A stretch of DNA of 54,040 nt, filler included, from Sluysia triapertura (lineage: Eukaryota), in the NCBI GenBank assembly GCA_046118255.1. It is 4 parts of 4 records of this genome, joined end to end, with 100 filler letters (N's around TTAATTAATTAA, not from the genome) between each part and the next. Parts side by side here need not be neighbours in the genome. Positions count along the whole stretch, not along the records: positions 1 to 15,276 come from JBJNIA010232676.1; 3 more parts are not named here. The stretch is one strand, 5' to 3'. The translations under genes were made by a program, and so were the position numbers. Every line of letters starts with the position of its first letter. The first letter of the stretch is position 1. Shown here one piece after another: positions 1 to 12,809 of this stretch. The notes under the pieces were generated by a model. That model worked only from the letters and a program-made list of their open reading frames with translations. It was not told the origin of the DNA and did not search any database.

Positions 1-787
1 TAATAATGCGTGATAGTGATAATAACAATAAGTGCTAATCAGTGTACCAACGTGCATAATAAAAGATCCAAATGGAACAATTAAATTAACTAGATATTAG
101 GCAATTTTAACGAACTAGCACTGTTTTAGGTCAACCTTGAAAATGTTAATATAGTTAAAGCCTGTTTTCACTAGAATGAAAAAGTCGGTTTTCGTGTTAA
201 ATAATTAATAAATATTACACAAATTATGTCTCTGAGTTTCGATTTTTCATCATTTTTCAATCTCAATTTTCAGCTGTCTGAATTATCAAACTGTGGACTC
301 TTTGAAGGGGCAAAATCACGAGAAGTTCAGGATGTACCCATAGTATAAAAATAACGATAATGACTGACTTTGAAAAATAGAGAAATCAGAGATTAGTAAA
401 TTATTTATCCATAATCATAGTTTAGGACTTCCAAACAAATCTAAAATATCCTATCATATACTGTATACAACTGATGTAGTGAAGCGCTAATATAAATAAA
501 CAATACATACTCAACATGTAAGCAGCGTTAATAAAAGCGTTATTCGGCTATTAAAAGGAGGGTTAAACTGGACTCAATTTTAAACGTTTATCATTTATTA
601 TGTTGATGCATAAATTCGTGCGGTTTTATTTGTTGCAAAGAAAACACATCAACTTCTTGTTTTAACTGATTTCAGTTATATTCATTCAGCTGAATTATCT
701 ATTTAAATCACTTTCACTTTCATTACCCTCATTAAAATGGAGTATCAGGTAGATACTACTACTACTACTTTTCTAATTTAATCATCA

Positions 788-1046
788 TGTCGAACCATCT
801 TTCTGGTCTCAATTTGAAAAAGAAGAAGCAATAACAACGTGGATTGAAGAATTGTTCGACCAAAAATCACCAAGCTTTCTTCAAACCTGGGATTGACAAA
901 CTGCCAGAACGGTGGAAGGAATATCTCACCGATTGAGAGACTGAGATATTTGTTTTTTTTCTAATGATTTAATAAATTCATTTTTTATTTATTTTTTGCA
1001 CGGTTTTCATTCTTGATCAGCATACACGAACTTATGCACCAATCTA
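788..1046 (+). mobile_element. mariner transposon 3' fragment (decayed)
   Basis: Translates across frameshifts to QFEKEEAITTWIEELFDQKSPSF..GIDKLPERWKEY, a mariner transposase C-terminus. Ends in mariner-type TIR ACGAACTTATGCACCAATCTA. Confidence 0.8.
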
Positions 1047-1985
1047 GTTGTATTATCATTTAAATATAAGAAAGAAAAAGAAGTTTTTCAATTTTGCATT
1101 TATTTTCTATTAATTAATTAAATTTAATTTTTTATTTCAAAAGAAAAATACAACGAGAAACTAAGCTTTAAAAAAGACTAAAAAATTGCAAAAATTGTGA
1201 CAATTTATTGTGAAATTAAATTATAAAGTTAATATTATTTAAAAAGCTAATAGTACATGCATAATAGTATTAATAAATATTTAAATAAAGTACTTTTTTT
1301 ATTCAAAGCGCAGATCACCAAGACAAGACAATTTTTCAGGAATTATGCTACCTTCCCAATTTTCGTTAATTAAATACAGAAATAGAAATAATAGAAAGAA
1401 TTTTATCTTTTCTGATCGCTGATTGATAATTTTTGAAACAAACAATACATTACCTTATTATCATTATTACTCCAAAAGATATTCAGAACTTATTTTTATA
1501 GGTAAACGGTTTAGTTGTTTTCAGATATCATTTTTAATTGAATATATATGATATTGAAATGAAGGTCTTGTCCGATAGAAAATAATATTTATTTAACTAA
1601 TAAAGACAATACGTAAATTGGAAATACAAACGAAACATCTAAAAAAGCTCAATGTTTTATGAAGAAATGTTTAGTTTAAATGCATTATTAAATCCTTTGT
1701 TAAATGTTTAATTTCTATCTTATAATTAAATAATTGTTTCAGATAGTTGTCATTGAAAAATCCGACGTACTTTTTGTGGAAAGATGGAAAGAATGTGTCA
1801 GCAATTGAGAAGAAAATTAACTCCGCACTGTGTCTACGAAAAACTGCAAAATTCATTTTTGGTAATTTCGTCGTTGATGATGAAGAGAGAAGTAGGCCAC
1901 TATTTACGTGGTTTTTATTAGTTAAATAAATATTATTTTCTATCGTACATAACTTTCGTTCCAGTCCTAGATATAATGTAAAAAT

Positions 1986-2108
1986 AACTTCTTTTATTTC
2001 CCCTGTGGAAATAGACATTTCCTCAAAAATTTTTGATAGCGAGGCAATGCCTGAACTTGTTTTAAAAAGTTACTTTCCTTCAATAAAGATATAAACCCCA
2101 AGTATCAA
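1986..2108. repeat. copy 1 of a diverged ~120-bp direct repeat (copy 2 at 3836-3951)
   Basis: AACTTCTTTTATTTCCCCTGTGGAAATAGACATTTCCTCAAAAATTTTTGATA versus AACTTCTTCTATTTCCCCTGGAGAAATAGGCATTTCCTCATAAATTTTTGATA; similarity continues to ...TTCCTTCAA.AAAGA.ATAAAC..AAGTATC. Confidence 0.8.
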
Positions 2109-2354
2109 TTATTTTTGATTCATCGAGATTGGCAGATTCCGTTGCAGCTGAAGGAACAACTTCATTCTGATCCAGAGTTAAAACCTTGTGTCCATAATTT
2201 GGAATGGTTATAAAGGAAGTTTTACAGTCATTATTATCATTGGCATTAATAATTATTTGCTATAATAGGAAAACTCAATAACAGTAACATTTATTCCGTT
2301 TACTAAAGATTCGATTTATGACTAATATTTCATAAAGAATAATTTCGAACAAAC

Positions 2355-3536
2355 TGCAATCCCTCTATTTTTGCTTCATATACAAACATTATTTATATTA
2401 CAACAAATTAATTACACAAAATAATAAATAAACATGAATAAATTACTATTTATTTATAATTTCCATTTTTAACTACTACATTTCATTTGGCCAAGTACTG
2501 TTTCAAAAATGCAGGACACATTATACAAACTTTTTATTTAAGAGACTATACAAAATTAGTATTTTATTGATATTCCTGAATTTTTCAATACCTCGACACA
2601 CCTTTTTGTTATCGAATTAATCAGCGTATTTACACTTTATTTCAATCTTTTTCCAAGCATCCAATATTGCATTTTTTAACTCAGATATATTGTTATACTT
2701 TTTTCCTTGATTGTATACCTTAGGGATAATTGAGACAATAAATTTTCTATTGGCCACTCTGAACTTATTAATTGTAGTTTTAGATCAATGACGAGGAGCG
2801 TTATCCTGCTGAAAGATGACAATGATATTTTCTTTTATCAAATCATAGTATTTATCACCATTAAGAGATGATGGAACTACCATAACTGATCATCCACCAT
2901 AAATTCTCTTAGAAAATATTTCTTCTGAATCCTTTAGATAATGCCAATAGTATTTATAACCATCAGGACCATCCAAATTAAATTTATTCTCATCTGAGAA
3001 TATTATCTTGGTCCAGTCAGTGTGTTTATTAATATGATTTTCGGCAAAGTTAATTATTGCTATTTTATAAGCATCAGTAAGTGGAGGTTTAGCAAACATT
3101 TCAATGAATTCGACCTCGCCATTATTTTTTAATATTCTCCATACTGTTGTTTTATTGCAGTTTATACCTTATTAAACTCCTTTTCTATCGATTAGAAAGT
3201 GCCTTTGGAAGGCCCATTTGTTTCCATTGCTTTTTATAACTATTATCTAAATAATTTTTTGGCAATACTTGCATGCCTTTCCCTTTTTTGAATATGCAAC
3301 AATATTTCCTCTTTCGTATTCACTAAGTTCAAATCTACGCGCCATTAAAACAATATAAATATTTACAAAAAATGTCCTGTACTATTGAAACGAAATTTAT
3401 TCAACTAAATGCCATATAGTTTATTAAAAGTGTATTAAAATTGGAAATTATAAATAAGTAGTAGTTTTTATTAGTGTTTTATTTATTAAATAGTATTGCT
3501 AATTTGTTATAATGCAGCAAAAATAGGGAGGGTGCA
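2355..3536 (-). mobile_element. Tc1/Tc3-like DNA transposon, decayed, with long imperfect TIRs
   Basis: Transposase starts at ATG 3345 (MARRFELSEYERGNIVAY) and contains [26 protein letters not shown] and VIFQQDNAP, with stops and frameshifts. Inverted ends TGCAATCCCTCTATTTTTGC and GCAAAAATAGGGAGGGTGCA, with similarity extending ~150 bp. Confidence 0.9.
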
Positions 3537-3835
3537 TATTAATCGATATCTAACGATAAATTCTAAGAAAGTAAAATATAATGAAAAAATCAAATCAAAA
3601 AGACAAAGTATTTATGCTTGATTGTTCCACTGCTACGGTTGAGTACTACTTGACTACTCGAGGAAAAAGGTCACAAGCCACAAATACGAAACATTATCAT
3701 GGATTATTGGCAAAAGAACAGATCCAGTGATTGTTGGTTGCTGTGAGAACAGAAATTCGAAGCTTTGAATTAATGATTGTTAAGAAATATGTTACAGAAG
3801 AAATACGTAGGGCAGAATAATTTTTTATATTCTAA

Positions 3836-3951
3836 AACTTCTTCTATTTCCCCTGGAGAAATAGGCATTTCCTCATAAATTTTTGATACAAGAAATTGTA
3901 GAAGTTTTTTGAAAAAGTTATTTCCTTCAACAAAGAAATAAACAAGTATCC
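3836..3951. repeat. copy 2 of the diverged ~120-bp direct repeat
   Basis: Aligns by eye with 1986-2108. Confidence 0.8.
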
Positions 3952-4976
3952 AAAATTGATAGAAGATGGGAAAATAGAAGAAGTTTTACAGCAATTTATA
4001 TGAATTTAAATATGAAAAAATCATGGTCCAAAATAAAACCGATCGATAATTAGTTTCATTTGCAAAATCTATTAACAATCAAATTACATTTTACTCTTTT
4101 TCTATCTAATAATATTAAACTACCAATATTTTATACATGCATTGGTAATCATAAAAAGATGTTTTCTAAGCAATTTTTCATTCAAAAATATAACTACCAA
4201 CCCTAATTTTCTACGATAAAATTTAACGAATATGTCTAAATTATAAACGTTGCTATAGTTACACACAAATAATCAATTATACATTTTGTATTTTATATCT
4301 GAGTCCAATAATAATAATAATAACAATAATAATACATTTAACCTGTTGATAATTAATTCAAATTTTATTGGACAGTTATTTTTATCAAATTTAATTAATG
4401 TTAAAAATTAAATGTATTATTAATTTATTATATTAATATATATACAAATATATTTCTTTTTCTTCACAACTTCTTTTTTAATTATTGAATAAAAGATAAT
4501 TATTCTGATAAAACACACAAATTTCAACAATCAAACAAAAAATAAATAAGTATAACAAGATCAATATAATAATAATAATATTATTATAATTATAATAATA
4601 TTTGGATTATTTATTGTTGTTTTCATATTTTAGGTTGTACACGAAGAAAAAAAGTTAAGATTTCCTTTCGATATTGCTTTGTTTGATTTATTTATTTAAA
4701 CAATGTCTACAATGCCATTTTTTAATTAACAAATTACTCATTAATCACTCATCAATCAATTGAGTCACACAATTTCAGTGACATTTTATAGAGCCAAAAA
4801 TAGATTTTACAACCAAATGTTTCTCAAGTGACCAATAAAAATCTGTCAAAATTTTATGTAGGAAGATGCACTAGTCCACTCAATTGTCATTTGTCGAAAT
4901 ATAAGTAAGTAAACGTCACTTTTATTGGATAATAATGAAAAAGTAAGACTGATTAGTTACAATATATTAAGTAGAG

Positions 4977-5166
4977 CTATTCATCTTTATGAATTCTAAC
5001 CAAAGCAGCTAGAAACTGCAGACTAGCAGGTATTGGAGGAGGTTTGGATGTGGAATTAGCTCGCAAGTCCTGATTGTGACCAGACGTGGAATTAACATTA
5101 CTACTGGAACTGTCACTGCTACTTGGGGTGCAGTAATGATGGAGATTAGTCGAGGAATTGGGTTGA
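4977..5166 (-). CDS. terminal coding exon of an unidentified gene (Ser/Pro-rich C-terminus ..KPPPIPASLQFLAALVRIHKDE*)
   Basis: Acceptor TTTATTTTCAG ends at 5167; open frame runs to TAG at 4977. Phase 2 matches the donor AA|GTTAGT at 6106/6105. GC content is above background. Confidence 0.65.
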
Positions 5167-5678
5167 CTGAAAATAAAATGAAAGTTTCAGTAATCATTAT
5201 ACATTACTGTGGGTTTTTTGACAGGGTCCGCTTACATCAAACGTCTTGCAACGTGTAGTTGGCGTTTCTACAACTTGATAAGTTAATAACTACCTTAATT
5301 CTAATTTTATAGCCTTAAAACTACTCGTTGAATTCAACACTTTATAAAATACTTAAGGGTCTTTATAAACACTATTTTAATAAGATGAATAAAACTAAAA
5401 ATTCAAAAAACTTTATAGACATGATACGAAAAAAGACAAAAATAAAATTATAAATTTTCAAGTTAAAACTCGTTTAATTTTTCTGTATTTTGCTCTTCAA
5501 TAATTATTTCTTTAGAGATTTAAATTTATGTGGATTTTAATATATTAATTTTATTAATTAAAATTAATATTATCTTGTAACATGGATAATGATGAAAACT
5601 TCTCCAAAGCAATTCAAAATAACGAATTTTACAAATGGCGATTCTCATTAAATTTATGCTAGTTTACATACTAGTCAT

Positions 5679-5857
5679 CAGCCAATGAGACTTGAAGGAG
5701 CGTTCTATAACATTCTAGAAGCTCCTATTCTATGTCTAGAAGCGGGTTTTCTTTTCTTTTTTGGAAAATACTTATTTTTAAAGTGATTTTAAAGATTTAT
5801 AAATAATTTTAAAGCATTTTATGTGATTTTAGGGAGCTGTGATGACAACTAACAATG
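5679..5857 (+). promoter_or_regulatory. dispersed repeat copy 1: CCAAT box + heat-shock-element-like array
   Basis: CAGCCAAT at 5679; gTTCt-aTAAc-aTTCt-aGAAg-cTCCt at 5702-5726; tail GCTGTGATGACAACTAACAATG shared with copy 2. Confidence 0.55.
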
Positions 5858-6105
5858 TTTTTTTCGATGTCGGCTTTTCAAAACTGTGCTCTGAAATGTA
5901 CTTTTTTAAAAATTCATCAAATTTATTAGGTTTTCGTCGACTTAGCAAAGCATAATTAACCATATTTCTATGTTCCAACCCAACGCATATTGTACAGTAA
6001 ATAGAAATATTATCCAATATTTTGTTAAAATAACAAATACGATTTTTTATCTATAGTTTACTATTTACTAATTTTATTATTGATGTACAAATTATGTCAA
6101 CTAAC

Positions 6106-6728
6106 TTCTGATTGAATAGCACCTCAGCTGTGGGTACTGGATCAATAAATCTAGAGAAAGACTGTGGTGATTCTTTAATTTGACTATGAACATTATTATA
6201 ACAACCTTCAGCATAACTGTTGTTTCTGGGATATTCTCCACTAGAAGTGTACGCATATTTACTCTGACCATTGGAAACCAAGCATTGGTCAGTGTTAGGC
6301 TTGTAAACGCCTGTACCAGCAGAATGTGCTCTGGTAGCGGAGGAAGCTCGTGTACCTCTGTTTATACTGGATCTGTATTTTGGTCGCCATTTGTACGAAG
6401 CACTTGTTACGGTACCGTTGTTCATTAGAGGTTTTCTGATGATTTGATTCGATGATGGAGTGACTGAAGACAATGGAGGTGGCCGTCGCCATGACAATGT
6501 ACTGGAGTTGTCATCTTCTGTGTCAGCATAGTAACCAGGCGGGTAAATACTGGGATTTAAGCTAACATCGCTAGTGGAAGGGGGCGGAATTGATGCCAGT
6601 ACAGTACTCAAATTGTAATTACTAGTATTATTAGTATTTGTTTGACAATTCGAACTTGTACCATCGCTGTTGCCATGGCCACCTGATACCAATTTCAGCA
6701 ACAAGATGTAGATTTCAAAACGACGAAG
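6106..6728 (-). CDS. penultimate coding exon of the same unidentified gene (low-complexity S/T/N/P-rich)
   Basis: >200-codon open frame with higher GC. Acceptor TTTTGTTCTAG at 6729 (alternative ATCAG near 6683). Donor GTTAGT at 6105 is phase-compatible with the 4977-5166 exon. Confidence 0.65.
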
Positions 6729-7412
6729 CTAGAACAAAATATTCAAAATATGTTTACTTTTATTAATGAAAGTAGTGAGTAACGTTTCACGAAAAAAAAC
6801 AGGAAATAAAACATTAATAAAAAACAAAATACAAATAATCCAAATAAAAGTAGGTTCCATGTTTTGCTTTTTCCAAAGAAACGAGAAAAAACATATACTA
6901 TATTGTCTATCAAAGGTCTGCACATTTTTTAAGTTGCGCTCCAACTTAAATAAATAAAATAAGCACCTTTTTAATAACAAAATGTATTTTTCTGTTTCTT
7001 ATAAATAAATTAAATATTATGAACAACAACAGTTCAAAATAAAGAACAATTAACAAAATTAAATTTTAATTCTTTATATCAAAAATGCAATATTATGTCT
7101 GTTGATATTTCACTTTTGTGAAATAGTAATATTTTTTCAACACGTCGCTGTTATATCGCGATTGTGATAGCAGTCTGCTGACGTTAGTTTTAATTAACAG
7201 CTAAAAAATAGCAGAATACCAAATAGCATAACATCTCTAGTGCACGTGTATAATTGCTTTATGAATTTGTAAGTATATTCTCTTTGAAATTTTATTCTCG
7301 ATGATTGTTCTACATCAATATCGTAAATTATGGAATTAGATGATGGAATTACTTGAATTGGTAAAAAACAACAAAAAACAATTTAAAATTTAAAACAATT
7401 TTAAACTTTTTA

Positions 7413-7458
7413 GCGACTCCATTTGGGGGCTCGCCCCCTAGTTTGCGCACCTTTGTTC
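7413..7458. mobile_element. possible hAT-type terminus remnant
   Basis: GC-rich GGGGGCTCGCCCCCTAGTTTGCGCACCTTTGTTCTA resembles hAT (Buster/Charlie) ends; partner end not found. Confidence 0.3.
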
Positions 7459-7655
7459 TATAATAGAAGTGTAATAATAAAATTCTGTGTTTTGCTATTT
7501 TTTGTCTGTATCAGATATTGAAATTTAATAATATTTAATGACATTGTCGAAAAACAATATTTATAATGTAAATGAATTGTAATTATAATTATCACTATAA
7601 TTATTATAATCATTATGCGTAAATATTAGTGTAAGATTTGTCACATTTATCATAT

Positions 7656-7889
7656 TGTAGTGAACTCACTTTTAAAATACAACAATTACAAATATAAACA
7701 CTAACAAACACTAACACAAGTCAACATATCTTACATAAACAAACTACAACATATCTTACATAAACAAACTACAACATATCAAACCACCAAACAGTACATA
7801 TAAAAATACAAACGCAGTTCTTATAATATCATATTTTGTTAAATTTAATCTAGTATTGTTGTTAACATTTGTTATAGTAGTATCTGAGC
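7656..7889 (+). mobile_element. LTR-like block followed by a degenerate tRNA-iMet PBS
   Basis: Starts TGTAGTG, C/A-rich and G-poor, contains a 25-bp tandem duplication (CAACATATCTTACATAAACAAACTA x2). Followed by TAGTATCTGAGC, 2 mismatches from the canonical TGGTATCAGAGC PBS. Confidence 0.5.
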
Positions 7890-8564
7890 TAAACTCAACA
7901 TAAATTCTATCGTAAATATATTTCACGACATATTTGTGTTTTATTATGAACCAATTGCCTTATTACTTTTTGTGTAAAATATAACGAATATCCTTTTTCT
8001 CTCGTGGTACTTTTTCTATGTCCAGAATTTTGAAAAACATTTGCGGTTGTTTTCTTAAATAAATAAAATTGAGCAGAGTTCGACTTACAACATATAGTGG
8101 GCGTTCTTGTAATTTAAAGCTAATAATCTTATTAAATTTATTTAAAAAACACGTATAAAAAAAACATAAATCACATTTCTTAAACATTCTACTGCTTTTC
8201 TCACATTTTGTATCTTAAAACCTTTTCATTCCTTTAATTCAAAACGTTTTATCCAATGAACATGTTAACTTTAAACCAATCAAATTAAGAGGAAAAAACA
8301 AGTAATTATTTTAAGATTAAAATCTTTTAGGGATCTTTAATCATATAATACTAGATTTTAATTTTAAAGTTTGCCCTCAGTAGATCGGGTTTTACAGTAA
8401 AATAAAATAATATTTTAATTATTAAAATAAAAATGCCCTTAATAATAATAAAGTTAACTCTTTCATAGAATAAAAACCTCGAACGAATAACCAAAGTAAG
8501 TAGTATTGTATAATTAAAAAAGTGTGTTTCTTTATGATTAACTGTCACTATTTATACAAACACA

Positions 8565-8674
8565 CAGCCAATCACAGACGAGTAGAATTCTAGAACATTA
8601 TAGAAACTTCTTTTTTTATTTTTAGTAAGAAATTGAATGATTTTAAAGGGTTGTGATGACAACCTAACACAATG
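8565..8674 (+). promoter_or_regulatory. dispersed repeat copy 2: CCAAT box + five-unit HSE
   Basis: CAGCCAATCA at 8565; aTTCt-aGAAc-aTTAt-aGAAa-cTTCt at 8587-8611; tail GTTGTGATGACAACCTAACACAATG. Confidence 0.6.
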
Positions 8675-9149
8675 AATTTAAACTTTCTTAAATTATTCTA
8701 AAATATATAAATTAAATAAAAAATTATTATGGTTATTCTTATTCTATTTACATAAAGAATCTCAATTATAAAGTTTTGTGTTAGTTTATTTTGCTTTTAT
8801 AAGGTTAAATCATACGTAATTAATAGCATTAAAATTTCTGTTTTAAAATCAATAAAAAAGGAAAATTTTACAAATTTGTTAATTTTTTTCTGTTTGGTTA
8901 TTATCAGTGTCAAACTTAATGTTTAAAATAATTTTTGAATTTATAAATGTATTATTATAAAATAAACTAACATGTTGTCTAGTAATGCATACAAGCATGA
9001 ATTAATTAATTTTCTGTTGTGTATTTATATTGAATAAATAAATTTTTTAATTATTAATACGATTAATTATTAAAATGATTTGATTTTTAATATGAACATC
9101 TATTAACATAAGAATAACAAAAATTGTATTTATTATACCTATTTATTAC

Positions 9150-10471
9150 AATTTTTATTTCTTGGACACCTAATAAAGTCTGTGATTTTTAATTGCCTAG
9201 GTGATTTTTCTCCTTGAATTTCATCAATCAGATCCCATATTTTGTTCATCTTATCAGGAATATTAGCTTGAAAATATTTTTCAATTTTTTTGCATACTCA
9301 TAGGCTTCATATCCTGTCTTTACTTCATCTTTTACCTATTCACAGAATTATCATTTATTTCCTCTTTTTCAGATCTTTCTTTTGTATACTTCTCTATTAG
9401 ATCAAGTAAAAGATGTACATCAAATTTTGGATTAATCTCAAAACACGGAAAATCATCACATTCAACATTCACTTCTTTAGCATACGCATTTTCGAAAGAT
9501 TTTGTAAAACAATTAGAGATAGTTGCTGTTTTAACAAGTTTTTGAAATACCTTTTTGCACCATACCTCTTATTATCTTAACATTATTATCTAAAGTAAAA
9601 TTTTCCGCTACTCTGCTTGGATTGTACTGTTCAAATCTTTTAACCAATCTTGAAAACTGTTAACGTCAACCAAGACTTCGTATTCAAACCTTTATAAATC
9701 TTTATATAAATCTTTAAAACAACGAGGTGTCTCCGATCTGCCTATCACTAAAGGCTTTAACTTTCCTCCTAACATATTTACTCTAAATAGTGTAGTAATT
9801 CGATCTTTAGAAAACGTACCATTTGCCTTATCCATTTTAGAAATTGTATATATTCTTTTAATGAAAATTTCCAGGATAGTCCGGTTTCGTTACAATTATA
9901 AACATTTCTATCTTCTTATTCTTTTAACTTTGACATATACAATTCCTTAAAATTAAGAATGTACCTTTCATACACGGTTTTTGATTCCCCAATAATTCTT
10001 TTGAACGATATCATATGCCTGCAAAGAAAAGAATTAAGGCAATCGTTTGATGCTTTAAAATCGTGAATCCCAAGTGCTGTGCTAATTCTAATGCCTTCTG
10101 TTGCAATATATCACCACTGATACTGATATTTCTTGTTCTCTGAATCTGGAACCATTCGTACAATAGAACAACCTTTATCTTCAGCAAATAATTTTATCAA
10201 TTTATGTTTTTCCTCGATGCTTAAATCTTTTCTCTTTCGTTTTGGATTTGTATTTTTCATGTTCATAAAAGGCAATTAAAAATGAATATTTAAACAAAAA
10301 ATGGAGAAATGATTAATTTATTTTACATTAATAATTATTCATTATTCAAAATAAACAGTGTTTATATTATAAAATTCAATTTTCCGTATGGTTTTCAATA
10401 ATTTTTGACTTAAATGTTCATATTAAACTCTGTTTATATTAAGCATGGTTCATACTGGACAGGGTTCATTG
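9150..10471 (-). mobile_element. Tigger/pogo (CENP-B-like) transposon, decayed
   Basis: HTH region ISISGDILQQKALELA..FKAS and DDE region NVYNCNETGLSWK, KDRITTLFRVNMLGGKLKPLVIGRSETPRCFK. 5' terminus TA|CAATGAACCCT at 10471. Left boundary approximate. Confidence 0.85.
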
Positions 10472-11044
10472 TATATTTGGTGTTCAAAATACTTTTAGTG
10501 TTGAAAAGTTTGCTTCTGCTGTGGTTACACAGAGGGCGTTTATGCATCCGAAACAATCGTTTTTGTTGACTTAACTTGAGGTTACGTTTTGCTTACTTTG
10601 TATAACTTAACTTACGCATTTTATTTTATCTTTAATTACGTAATAATGGAGGGTCTTATACTTGAATTTTAAATCCTAGAATCTATAACAGTCTAATCTT
10701 AATTTATTCCAATTAAAAAGTCATATAATTTTACAAAAATAAATGAAAGTTTGAAATATGATAATTATATAATTTACAATTAAACCTTTGTGATGAGGTA
10801 TTTAATTGATCTATTTCTAATCGGGTTGGGGAAATAAACTAAATAAAAGAATTTAAATGCATTTTAGTATTCTGATTCTTAGAATCGAAACTACTAATTA
10901 CAGTTCTCCAAGAGATAATATCATAACTAAAATATGTCGAAATCTAACAAAGAATTAAATGATAAATTAGATTGTTATGACAAATTAAATTATGATATTA
11001 AATTGTGTCTTTATCATTCAACTGTAGCTACGTATATTAACCAA

Positions 11045-11164
11045 CAGCCAATCAAACTTCTAGAAACTTTTTTTGGAAAATAAAATAATAAGTTTTATTT
11101 TAAGGTATTTGGTGGTTTTATTTGCCTTTTAACATTAATTTATTGATTTTAACGGTAGTGATAC
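11045..11164 (+). promoter_or_regulatory. dispersed repeat copy 3: CCAAT box + shorter HSE
   Basis: CAGCCAATCAAA-cTTCt-aGAAa-cTTTt, then TTTTGGAAAATA as in copy 1. Confidence 0.5.
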
Positions 11165-11440
11165 TTCACTTTGTAACTGATTCAAATATATTTGTTTAGA
11201 TTTTTCTTATAGTAATTTAAGACAAAATAATAATAATCACTTTGGTTCAATTTATCTTTAATTTCTTGATGTACTACTGACACATCAGCCAAGATTAACA
11301 TACTTCTTTATCAAGCAGTTTTTGACATCATTATAATATAATATAAATATAAATAAAAAAGAAAATATAATGTCAGAATAGTAAAATCGATCACGAAATT
11401 ATATATGCATTTGAAATAAAAATTTTAAATATTTGTTTAA

Positions 11441-11654
11441 TCCTTTCAATACCACTTTTGGCCAGTGAAGATATTTCTATATAATTGAACTAAATGTGTT
11501 GTAAATAAGTAAAGGAACATGTTTACATATTTTCAGATGTTTAGAAAATATGGTTTTTGAAAAAATGCTTTGGGACACATATGTCCCTGTAGTAGTTTAA
11601 TTATGGGATAAATATATCCATGGGACTTATATATCCTCTGCAGTATTGAAAGGG
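11441..11654. mobile_element. non-autonomous piggyBac MITE (214 bp)
   Basis: TTAA on both sides (11437-11440, 11655-11658). TIRs (T/C)CCTTTCAATAC and GTATTGAAAGGG. Subterminal palindrome GGGACACATATGTCCC plus two degenerate copies. Confidence 0.85.
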
Positions 11655-11746
11655 TTAATAAACAATCTGAATTATAACTTTTATTTTTATTTAAATTTAT
11701 TTAATCACACAAAGAAAAACAAAGCAAATGCTAAGAGGTAATTTTA

Positions 11747-11904
11747 TAATTTAATTTAATTTAATTTAATTTAATTTAATTTAAAATTAAAACAAGACAT
11801 TCATAAATTATTGTATCAATTATTAATAATTGAATTATTTAAAAATAAGTTTCATTTGTTATACTTAAGTATAATTATATCATCATTAGTATATTAATGT
11901 ATTA

Positions 11905-11953
<49 letters not shown>
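11747..11953. repeat. microsatellites (TTAAT)n and (ATT)n
   Basis: Directly visible. Further (AAT/ATT)n tracts near 15377, 29270, 48290 and 51574. Confidence 0.95.
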
Positions 11954-12809
11954 CAATATTTACGAATATTGTTAATATTTTTAGACAGTCTTAAAGTAAT
12001 TAAAACTATTTACGCATTTGAAAATTATTACAAGACTAAATATAAACAATAAACAAATTACTTGTTTGTTTTATTAGCTATTTATTAGTAGTGAGTAGTT
12101 TATTTTATGCGAGATGTAATATTAAAATTTACATTTAATAATTTCATTAAATGAATTTAATTATTTTCCTTCTCTATTTTCTTTTATTTTTTCATTTTTT
12201 ATTCAATATCAAATAACCAATAATTAATATTTTTTATTCTGATTACAATTAAGAAAAATACTAATTATTTATTTATTATTTAAATAATTATTTAATTATT
12301 TGTTTTTATTGTTTTGTTACATTTCATTGTTTTATTTTCAATGTATTTAATTTATATGTATTTGTAAATTTAAAATATAAATTGTGTTAAATATTATTTA
12401 AATATTTTTAGATTATTTCAGTGACAATGTTTACTTTTTGAATCACCGTTACATTGGTCGTGTTGGTTCATTTTTTCGGCTTTCAAGAAGTAAGATGATT
12501 AAAGATGATTACGTTTTGAAGGTATTCCTCTTTGAGACGTGGGTTAAAATCCCACTCCTGAAACCATTTTTTGTGAAGAGATGATGCTCGTTGATTATTA
12601 AATTTATGAAATTTATATGATTTATTATTATTTTTATTCAATATCTTTGTTATCGAAAATTATATTATCATCTCTGCTAATGAAAAGGTTACTTAAATAA
12701 TTTATTATTATTCTCAGACTTTACATTACAAATACAAAAATAACGAAAACAGTTTTTATTTTTGTTACAAATTAACATATAACAAAATGGCTTATAATCA
12801 GATCGTCTA

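Noticed and set aside
6106-6728. Resemblance to an LRP5/6 cytoplasmic tail
   Set aside because: No canonical repeated PPP(S/T)P motifs; similarity is low-complexity only.
12412-12521. Exon-like segment with AG/GT boundaries
   Set aside because: No recognisable product, ambiguous frame and not synapsin.
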